From Pontimonas sp. (lineage in GTDB: Bacteria > Actinomycetota > Actinomycetes > Actinomycetales > Microbacteriaceae), in the NCBI GenBank assembly GCA_963692965.2, contig OY843589.2, positions 278,938 through 342,937 of the forward strand: a stretch of 64,000 nucleotides of DNA, in the 5' to 3' direction. Under the pieces are notes generated by a model that saw only the letters and a program-made list of their open reading frames with translations, made no database searches and was not told the origin of the DNA. This document shows, one piece after another, positions 57,321-64,000 of this stretch. The stretch's first letter is position 1. Each line of letters begins with the position of its first letter. Both the position numbers and the translations under genes were made by a program.

Positions 57321-58083
57321 GGAGCCTGGCGAGCGGCTCCAGAAAGTGCTCTCCCGCGCGGGTGTGGCGAGCAGGCGGCATGTGGAGTCGCTGATGAACG
57401 CTGGTCGAATACGGGTCAACGGTCAGGTGGTCAGTGAGCTTGGTACCCGTGTCGATATCAGCACCGACCTTGTCGAATTAGACGGCACAGCCCTGCAGTT
57501 GGATATCGACAGGAGATACGTGCTGCTGCATAAACCGACCGGTCTTGTGACGTCACTTTCTGATGAACGAGGACGCCCCGATTTACGGTCCGTGTTGGAC
57601 GATATTGGTGAGCGGCTGTTTCCCGTGGGCAGGCTCGATTTTGACAGTTCGGGGCTGCTGATCCTCACGAATGACGGCGAGGCAGCCAATATCCTCGCCC
57701 ATCCATCCTTCGGCGTCGAAAAGACCTACCGCGTGACCGTGTCTGGAGCGGTGTCGAATAAAACCCTCGGCACGCTGACGACGGGAGTGGATTTAGATGA
57801 CGGGAGGGTCCACGCCGACGAGGTCAAGCGACTGTCAGAACCCCGGGGTGGAACGAGCATCCTCGACATCACTCTGCATTCAGGCAAAAACAGAATCGTC
57901 CGGCGCATGTGTGAGGCGGTCGGACACCCCGTGCAGACTCTGCAGCGCAGACGATTTGGCCCGTTTCACTTAGGGGGCCTCAAACCCGGTCAGTGGCGGG
58001 ACTTTACCGACAAGGAGCGCCACCAGCTCGCTACGCTGGTGCAATTGGCCTCATCGTCCGCCAATTCTGGAGACACCCCATGA
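57307..58083 (+). CDS. rluB: rRNA pseudouridine synthase (RsuA/RluB family)
   Basis: The S4 domain is RLQKVLSRAGVASRR. The catalytic Asp motif is GRLDFDSSGLLILTNDG. ATG 57307 overlaps the scpB end by 14 nt. Confidence 0.85.
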   Translation: MSDSKEPGERLQKVLSRAGVASRRHVESLMNAGRIRVNGQVVSELGTRVDISTDLVELDGTALQLDIDRRYVLLHKPTGLVTSLSDERGRPDLRSVLDDIGERLFPVGRLDFDSSGLLILTNDGEAANILAHPSFGVEKTYRVTVSGAVSNKTLGTLTTGVDLDDGRVHADEVKRLSEPRGGTSILDITLHSGKNRIVRRMCEAVGHPVQTLQRRRFGPFHLGGLKPGQWRDFTDKERHQLATLVQLASSSANSGDTP

Positions 58084-59168
58084 GCACTGCAAGCCTGCCG
58101 ATTTCACGCGCGCGCGTGATTGGTACTGGACTGCTCGGCACCAGTATCGCCCTGGGGCTTCGGGAACACGCGGTGGAGGTTGATCTCGACGATTCCTCAC
58201 CCTCCAGACTGCGACTGGCAGAAGATTATGGGGCAGGGCAGGCAGTCACGCCCGCCACACCCGCCACACCCGATCCTGACCTCGTGGTGGTCGCCACTCC
58301 ACCGGATGTGACCGCCGCTGTTGTGAGCGACGCGGTGAACCGGTTTCCAGAGGCCGTGGTGATGGATGTGGCGAGTGTCAAAAACGCGATCGTGGAGAGC
58401 GTCGCGGACACCACTGGACGTTTTGTCCCCACTCATCCCATGGCGGGACGGGAACGAGGCGGGCCCACCGCTGCGCGAGTCGATTTGTTTACCGGAAGGC
58501 CGTGGGTGGTCTGCGCGGAGGACTCCCCGGCGTCTGGCATCGTGCGCCAACTGGTTGCTGCGCTGGGAGGCTTCGCCGTGTCAATGACTCCGGAGGAGCA
58601 CGACCGGGCCGTGGCGGTGTTATCCCATCTGCCGCAGGTGGTGAGTTCGTCGGTTGCCGCCGAGCTCATATCCGCAGATGCCGCCTGGTTAGAACTCGCT
58701 GGTGGCGGGGTCCGGGATGTGACGCGAATTGCCGGGAGTGATCCGGAGCTGTGGGCGCAGATTCTGGAGGGAAACCACGCCGCTGTGGCAGACGTTGTCC
58801 AGACGGTGGCTGATCGCCTGAGCGCGGTAGCAGGGGCATTGCGCGAGGTTGATGCGCCGGGATCGCGGACCACACTGCACGAGACGCTTCGTGCCGGTCG
58901 GGACGGGGTCTCTGCACTGCCCGGAAAACACGGCTCTGCCGAGCGCTATGTCACCCAGATTGTGGTCATCGACGACCGGCCTGGGCAGTTGGCCGCCCTG
59001 CTGAGCGATGTGGGCGAGCTTGGGGTGAACCTGGAAGATATGAGTCTGGAGCACTCTCCTGGAGCACCGGTGGGGTTTGTGGAATTGGCCATTGCCCCTG
59101 AAGCTGCGGAGACTCTCCGCGATGGTCTCTCGACCAAGGGGTGGCGTGTGTCGGGGGAGGCGCAATGA
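58080..59168 (+). CDS. tyrA: Prephenate dehydrogenase
   Basis: ATGA overlap with rluB. The NAD motif is VIGTGLLGTSIALGL. HPMAGRE is present, and the C-terminal ~70 aa look ACT-like. Confidence 0.75.
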   Translation: MSTASLPISRARVIGTGLLGTSIALGLREHAVEVDLDDSSPSRLRLAEDYGAGQAVTPATPATPDPDLVVVATPPDVTAAVVSDAVNRFPEAVVMDVASVKNAIVESVADTTGRFVPTHPMAGRERGGPTAARVDLFTGRPWVVCAEDSPASGIVRQLVAALGGFAVSMTPEEHDRAVAVLSHLPQVVSSSVAAELISADAAWLELAGGGVRDVTRIAGSDPELWAQILEGNHAAVADVVQTVADRLSAVAGALREVDAPGSRTTLHETLRAGRDGVSALPGKHGSAERYVTQIVVIDDRPGQLAALLSDVGELGVNLEDMSLEHSPGAPVGFVELAIAPEAAETLRDGLSTKGWRVSGEAQ

Positions 59169-59830
59169 GCGTGATTATTGCGATTGACGGTCCGGCGGGA
59201 AGCGGTAAGTCCAGTGTCTCGAAAGAAGCGGCGAGGCGTCTTCGCTGCGGCTACCTGGACACAGGGGCTGCGTATCGAAGCCTGGCTTGGGATTGTGTGG
59301 ACCGCGGGGTCGGCCTCGATGACGCAGAGGCCGTGGCGGCCGTCGCTGCCGAGCACGAAGTGATTCGTCCGCTCAACCCCGATCAGCAGCGTCACACTGT
59401 CCGCGGCGTCGATGTCACCGACGCGATCCGCGGCGAAGACGTCTCCCAGTCGGTCTCGGCGGTGGCCGCCCATCAACAAGTACGAGACACCCTGAACACG
59501 GGGTTTCGGCGCCTGGTAGCCAACTCCGGGTATCCCGGCGTGATTGTGGAAGGGCGTGACATCACCACCGTCGTGGCCCCCGATTCTCCCGCCAGAATCC
59601 TGCTCACGGCTGACGAAGCGGTCCGGATTGCCAGGCGCGAAGCAGAAAACACAGGGGTCAACGCGGACGCACTCGCGGCCCGGGATGCAGCCGACAGCAA
59701 AGTCGTGAATTTTTTGACCGCGGCCGATGGGGTGTGGACGCTCGACACCACGGAGATGGGCTTTGACGAGGTGGTGAGCGCGGTCGTGGAGTTTATTGTC
59801 CAGCGCACCCAGTTGGCGGTGGTCACATGA
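59165..59830 (+). CDS. cmk: Cytidylate kinase
   Basis: ATGA overlap with tyrA. The P-loop is [13 protein letters not shown]. Confidence 0.9.
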   Translation: MSVIIAIDGPAGSGKSSVSKEAARRLRCGYLDTGAAYRSLAWDCVDRGVGLDDAEAVAAVAAEHEVIRPLNPDQQRHTVRGVDVTDAIRGEDVSQSVSAVAAHQQVRDTLNTGFRRLVANSGYPGVIVEGRDITTVVAPDSPARILLTADEAVRIARREAENTGVNADALAARDAADSKVVNFLTAADGVWTLDTTEMGFDEVVSAVVEFIVQRTQLAVVT

Positions 59831-61317
59831 GCGAGCCAGACGATATCGACGAGACCGACGCCGTAGAATCCGACGTCATCGCCGAGCAGAGGGCCGAAGC
59901 GCTTCGCAGTGGCCTCGATGATTTTGCCCTGGAGCCAGACGATCTGGAACTTCTTGAGGGAGCCGAGGACGAGGCTCCTGGCGACACGGTGTGGGGATTG
60001 CCGGTGGTGGCAGTGGTGGGTCGGCCAAATGTGGGCAAATCCGCTCTGGTCAACCGAATTCTTGGCAGACGCGAAGCCGTGGTCCAAGACGTTCCCGGTG
60101 TCACCCGGGACCGGGTGAGTTACCCCGCCTGGTGGAACGACCGACGGTTTACCTTGATGGATACCGGCGGGTGGGAGCCAGACGCGAAAGGCCTCGATCA
60201 GTCGGTGGCCATTCAAGCCGAAATCGCCATCGACACAGCCGATGTGATCTTGTTTGTGGTGGACGCCCGGGTGGGACCGACCTCGACAGATGAACGTGTC
60301 GTGTCACTGCTGAGGAAAGCCGGTGTACCGGTGATCGTCGTGGCGAACAAAGTCGATGACCAACGCGGAGAACCCGAAGCCGCAGCCCTCTGGTCGCTCG
60401 GCCTGGGGGAGCCCTGGCCGGTATCTGCCCTACACGGCCGCGGGGTGGCCGATCTGCTCGACCACGTATTAACCCTCCTGCCCGAACACGGACAGTCCCT
60501 GGAAGCACCTGGGGGACCGAGACGAGTGGCGCTTCTGGGAAAACCAAATGTGGGGAAGTCGTCTCTGTTGAATAAAGCAGCCCGCGAGGAGCGCGTCGTG
60601 GTCGCTGACACCGCGGGCACGACGCGTGACCCTGTCGATGAGTTGGTCGAAATCGGGGGAGAGACCTGGCGGTTTGTCGACACGGCAGGAATTAGGCGCA
60701 AAGTCCACCTGCAGCAGGGGGCGGATTTTTATGCGAGCCTGCGCACGCAAGCAGCGCTGGAAAAAGCAGAAGTCGCCATTGTGGTGATCGACGTCACCGA
60801 GCCGGTCAGTGAACAGGATCTGCGCATTATTGACTTGGTGGTGGAGTCCGGGCGGGCGCTCGTGATTGCCTTTAATAAGTGGGACCTGCTCGATGATGAG
60901 CGCCGCCGGTACTTGGAGAGAGAAATCGAGCAAGACCTCGACCATGTCGACTGGGCACCCCGCGTGAATATCTCCGCGCTCACCGGCCGGCACCTAGAAA
61001 AACTCCCGGCCGCCCTTCACACTGCTTTGTCCGCCTGGGATCAACGCATCGGAACCGGTGCTCTAAACGCGTTTATTGGTGAAATCGCCGCCGCTCAGCC
61101 GCACCCGGTGCGGGGTGGAAAACAACCGCGCATTCTTTACGCCACGCAGGCCTCCACGAGACCCCCGACATTTGTGTTGTTCACCAGTGGGTTTCTCGAC
61201 CCGCAGTATCGACGGTTTATCCAGCGTCGTCTGCGAGAGTCATATGGCTTCGACGGAACACCCATCCGGGTCAATGTTCGCGTTCGAGAGCGACGGAGCG
61301 ACAGAAAGGGGCGCTAG
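59827..61317 (+). CDS. der: Ribosome-biogenesis GTPase Der (EngA)
   Basis: ATGA overlap with cmk. Two G domains (GRPNVGKS and GKPNVGKS) and a KH-like C-terminus. There is a ~55-aa acidic N-terminal extension. Confidence 0.9.
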   Translation: MSEPDDIDETDAVESDVIAEQRAEALRSGLDDFALEPDDLELLEGAEDEAPGDTVWGLPVVAVVGRPNVGKSALVNRILGRREAVVQDVPGVTRDRVSYPAWWNDRRFTLMDTGGWEPDAKGLDQSVAIQAEIAIDTADVILFVVDARVGPTSTDERVVSLLRKAGVPVIVVANKVDDQRGEPEAAALWSLGLGEPWPVSALHGRGVADLLDHVLTLLPEHGQSLEAPGGPRRVALLGKPNVGKSSLLNKAAREERVVVADTAGTTRDPVDELVEIGGETWRFVDTAGIRRKVHLQQGADFYASLRTQAALEKAEVAIVVIDVTEPVSEQDLRIIDLVVESGRALVIAFNKWDLLDDERRRYLEREIEQDLDHVDWAPRVNISALTGRHLEKLPAALHTALSAWDQRIGTGALNAFIGEIAAAQPHPVRGGKQPRILYATQASTRPPTFVLFTSGFLDPQYRRFIQRRLRESYGFDGTPIRVNVRVRERRSDRKGR

Positions 61318-61320
61318 GAC

Positions 61321-61824
61321 GTGTCAGTGCAGCCCCCACCGCTTCCTCCCGAGCACCTGCGGGATCCGGGTGACTCCTGGGTCGAGAGCCCCGATGGGAC
61401 AAAGTATTGGGGACGATTCGGCGCAGCCGGTGCACTGGTATGGCATCCACCGCAGGGAGTCCTGCTGCAGTTGCGAGCCGAATGGAGCCACAACGGTGGC
61501 ACCTGGGGTATTCCGGGTGGAGCCCTGAAGGCAGGGGAGAGCGCTCACCACGCAGCACTGCGTGAAGCTCACGAGGAAGCGGGTGTTCCAGACGCCGGCC
61601 TCGAGACTCTGCACACCGAAGTCTTTGACCTGGGATTCTGGTCTTACACCACCGTGTTGTTGTACTCGCCTGAGTATTTCGAACCGGATACCAGTGACTA
61701 TGAAAGCGACGACGTGCAGTGGATTCCTCTCGACACGGTCTCGAGCCTTGACTTACACCCGGGGTTTCGGTCGTCGTGGCCGGGACTAAAGGCCCTCATT
61801 GAGGACCAACGAGACCGGGTGTAG
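61321..61824 (+). CDS. NUDIX hydrolase
   Basis: The NUDIX box is GGALKAGESAHHAALREAHEEAGV. Confidence 0.75.
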   Translation: MSVQPPPLPPEHLRDPGDSWVESPDGTKYWGRFGAAGALVWHPPQGVLLQLRAEWSHNGGTWGIPGGALKAGESAHHAALREAHEEAGVPDAGLETLHTEVFDLGFWSYTTVLLYSPEYFEPDTSDYESDDVQWIPLDTVSSLDLHPGFRSSWPGLKALIEDQRDRV

Positions 61825-61863
61825 CGCAGGGCCCGGGGGAGAGTCAGTCGTAGGCTAGGAGCA

Positions 61864-63204
61864 ATGGCCACTCCGCAGGATTCTTCTTCGGCGGATTTTG
61901 CCGACGAAACGAGTTTCCCCGTCACCGGCTCGGTCAATCTCCCCGTCGAATCGCGCGGGACCCCGGGTTCGATAGGCCCCCGTGGGTGGTTATGGGTGTT
62001 TATTGTGGCGGCAGGCGGCATCTTCGGGGCGCTGAGCGCACCGGGACAAACCGCTGGACTGTCTCCGTTTACCGACCCACTGATTGAGAGTCTTGGCGTG
62101 GGTCGGACAGAAATTTCGGTGAGCTACCTCATCGCCACGCTTGCGGGGGGAGCCGCGATGCCATTTCTCGGAAAACTGCTCGATCGTTTCGGGGCCAGGG
62201 TGGCCATTGTCTGGATTGGGGTGGTCTTTGCCCTGGTGCTCTACGCCGCCAGTTTTGTGACAGAAATTTTTGGTCTAACCGCCTCCTACGTGGGTTTGCG
62301 GATGGCCGGCCAAGGAGCGCTCACGCTGGCCTCGACCACGCTTGTCGCACGGCTGGTGACCCATCGCTCGGGATTGGCGCTCGGCATCGCAGGCGCACTG
62401 AGTGTGGCCGGGATATCTCTCGCGCCGGTAGGCATTGAACGGCTTATTGCGTTGACCGACCTAGCCACTGCATGGCGGGTCGAAGCGGTGGTGGTGGCCG
62501 CCATCGTGATTCCCCTGGCGCTTCTTGTCCCGCGGGATAAGCCTGTGACCCACACCGACACCGGCACACTGATCACACCAGAAATTGAAGACGGCCACAC
62601 CGTGCGGCAGGCGGCAGGCACTCTCATGTTTTGGGTATTTACCGGAGCGGGTTTTGCCGTTGGCATGATGAGCACGGGCCTTGCTTTTCACCTGATTTCT
62701 ATTCTGGGTGAGCAAGGGCTCACCAGTTTTGAGGCGGCGAGTAACTTCATTCCCCAAACCATTGCGGGACTGCTGTGCACGCTCCTGCTTGGAGCGATTG
62801 TGGACCACACCGATCCGCGCTGGGGTGTCATAGCGTCGATGGCGGGAATGGGGGGCGCGATGGTCCTCTTGCCGTTCGTGACTCCCGGATGGGTCGCCTT
62901 CGGATTTGGCATCTTGCTCGGCATTGCCCAGGGCGCACTGCGCGGTGTGGAAGCAGCCGCGTTCGTTCGATACTTCGGCCGGGCCAATATTGGTGGGATT
63001 CGCGGCGTGTCAACCTCGGTCATGCTGGGCTCGACCGCCCTCGGTCCGCTGTATTTTGCGATCGGACTAGACCTCACCGGGTCCTATCTGGCGCCTAGCC
63101 TGTGGGGGGCACTATTGCCGGTGCTGATTATCGTGTTGGCCGGTATTGCCAAGACCCCCGAGCCGGTTCGCTCGGAGAGGGAGTCTTCTTCCGGGGTAGA
63201 CTGA
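61864..63204 (+). CDS. MFS transporter
   Basis: 446 aa with about 12 hydrophobic segments in two halves. The substrate is unknown. Confidence 0.75.
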   Translation: MATPQDSSSADFADETSFPVTGSVNLPVESRGTPGSIGPRGWLWVFIVAAGGIFGALSAPGQTAGLSPFTDPLIESLGVGRTEISVSYLIATLAGGAAMPFLGKLLDRFGARVAIVWIGVVFALVLYAASFVTEIFGLTASYVGLRMAGQGALTLASTTLVARLVTHRSGLALGIAGALSVAGISLAPVGIERLIALTDLATAWRVEAVVVAAIVIPLALLVPRDKPVTHTDTGTLITPEIEDGHTVRQAAGTLMFWVFTGAGFAVGMMSTGLAFHLISILGEQGLTSFEAASNFIPQTIAGLLCTLLLGAIVDHTDPRWGVIASMAGMGGAMVLLPFVTPGWVAFGFGILLGIAQGALRGVEAAAFVRYFGRANIGGIRGVSTSVMLGSTALGPLYFAIGLDLTGSYLAPSLWGALLPVLIIVLAGIAKTPEPVRSERESSSGVD

Positions 63205-63210
63205 CCCTCA

Positions 63211-63284
63211 CGGGTTGTGGCGCAGCTTGGTAGCGCACTTGTCTGGGGGACAAGGGGTCGCAGGTTCAAATCCTGTCAACCCGA
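63211..63284 (+). tRNA. tRNA-Pro (anticodon GGG)
   Basis: I folded the cloverleaf by hand. Acceptor CGGGTTG/CAACCCG, D arm GCGC-AGCTTGGTA-GCGC, anticodon arm CTTGT-CTGGGGG-ACAAG, T arm GCAGG-TTCAAAT-CCTGT, discriminator A. CCA is not encoded. Confidence 0.9.
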
Positions 63285-63528
63285 CAGATCACAGCAGGGT
63301 TTTCATCGCTTATCCCGTGATGTTCTCCACACACTGCGCGTCCATGCCATCGTTCGGCAGCAGAGAAGATGAGTCTTTCGTACAAGACCACGTTGTCCGA
63401 TTTCTGTTTGCTGGAGTCGCACATGTTGTTTACGCGAAGTTTGCTGGACCCTCGTCAGTTAATAGGCGATGGTAAGGGAAAGTCCCTTTGGGGACAGTCG
63501 TGGCTCGAAAACGAAAAAGGAGATTAAC

Positions 63529-63810
63529 GTGATTACTTTGATTGCACGTCACCAGGTTGCTGACTGGGACAAATGGTTTGCGGTGTATGAGGAACAACGA
63601 GGCCAGCTTGCCGGCATGGGCGTGACCGGAGAGGCCGCGTTGCGCTCGACCACAGACGGCAACGATGTTGTGGTGCGTCACGAATTTGATTCCCTGGAAG
63701 CGGCCGAGGAATTCATCAAGCAGACGGAGAATCCCGAAATGGCAGAAGCCCTGCGTGCTGGCGGAGTTGATCTAGACACGCTCACGATGGAGCTATTTCA
63801 CTGCCACTAA
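63529..63810 (+). CDS. Small (93 aa) hypothetical protein, possibly an alpha+beta (Dabb/ABM-like) fold
   Basis: GTG 63529 with an AAAAAGGAG SD 6 nt upstream. The track start at 63469 is upstream of the SD. I do not confidently recognise a family. Confidence 0.45.
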   Translation: MITLIARHQVADWDKWFAVYEEQRGQLAGMGVTGEAALRSTTDGNDVVVRHEFDSLEAAEEFIKQTENPEMAEALRAGGVDLDTLTMELFHCH

Positions 63811-63817
63811 TCACTTG

Positions 63818-63850
63818 GTCGTCCGCCGGAGCAGATTCTGGCGCGACGAC
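63818..63850 (+). terminator. Stem-loop after the 93-aa ORF
   Basis: GTCGTCCGCC / GGCG(C)GACGAC gives 10 bp with one bulge and a 12-nt loop, followed by ATTTA. Confidence 0.35.
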
Positions 63851-63876
63851 ATTTACGCTGTAAGGAGAAAACGAGC

Positions 63877-64000
63877 ATGGTGTTACACATAGGTCGGGCG
63901 CAGGTCGAGGACGTCGCCACGTTCAGGGAGGGCTACAACACCGAGAGCGCGAAGGCATTTCGCGACCGTCACGGGGTCAAGAACGATGGTGTCTTCGGCA
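63877..64000 (+). CDS. Hypothetical protein, 5' part only (runs off the window); weakly similar to the preceding 93-aa protein
   Basis: ATG 63877 with a TAAGGAGAA SD 7 nt upstream. The frame stays open to the window end (MVLHIGRAQVEDVATFREGYNTESAKAFRDRHGV...). It shares the I.R.QV.D...Y pattern with 63529-63810. Confidence 0.35.
   Translation, partial: MVLHIGRAQVEDVATFREGYNTESAKAFRDRHGVKNDGVFG

Noticed and set aside
58246-58272. Tandem 9-bp repeat (CCCGCCACA x2) in tyrA.
   Set aside because: It encodes an in-frame TPATPATP linker. This is a trivial low-complexity duplication with no array structure.
63215-63475. 86-aa ORF that overlaps tRNA-Pro.
   Set aside because: It starts inside the tRNA gene and has no SD. 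The tRNA cloverleaf is unambiguous.

Overview
This is a high-GC actinobacterial chromosome segment. My hand counts give about 60 % G+C in housekeeping sequence. The 16S/23S/5S operon and the gene orders tyrS-rrn, pheST-arg and recN-pyrG-xerD-parA-scpAB-cmk-der point to Actinomycetota, probably Microbacteriaceae-like; I cannot confirm this without a database search.

Bases 1-17.1 kb form a myo-inositol uptake and catabolism island. It holds iolB, iolG, iolC, a class-I aldolase, iolA, an ABC transporter, iolD, iolE and a GntR/HutC regulator. It also carries four enzymes outside the textbook pathway: an RmlD-like SDR, an aldehyde dehydrogenase, an HpcH/HpaI aldolase and a D-2-hydroxyacid dehydrogenase. 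A TTTGT-N4-ACAAA palindrome recurs in four of its promoter regions (upstream of iolG, iolC, the transporter/ALDH-iolD divergent pair and the regulator).

From 17.1 kb to the end there is an almost uninterrupted plus-strand housekeeping block: lexA and a divergent LysM gene, hisCBH-hisA, infC-rpmI-rplT, pheST, argCJBFGH, tyrS, one rrn operon, HAD-tlyA-nadK-recN, pyrG, xerD, parA-scpAB, rluB-tyrA-cmk-der and tRNA-Pro. Many of these genes overlap by 4 nt (ATGA/GTGA).

The only clearly accessory insertion in that block is a ~1.5 kb cassette at 23.0-24.4 kb, between a DUF1844-like gene and infC. It encodes an AbiEii-like nucleotidyltransferase translationally coupled to a protein with a C-terminal XRE-type HTH. 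This is my best candidate for an uncharacterised toxin-antitoxin or defence-type module. The second candidate is the extra enzyme trio wired into the iolD-iolE operon.

Other points:
- argH is split by a 1-nt frameshift.
- The arg cluster lacks argD and argR.
- infC needs a non-canonical ATC start.
- An SOS box overlaps a near-consensus promoter of the LysM gene.
- Lower-GC DNA (about 49 % by hand count) starts right after tRNA-Pro at the window edge.

I recognised no CRISPR array, IS element, transposase or phage structural gene. All functional calls come from motif and family recognition in the translated ORFs and from synteny, not from searches. Start codons were re-chosen by hand where the ORF track gave non-homologous N-terminal extensions.
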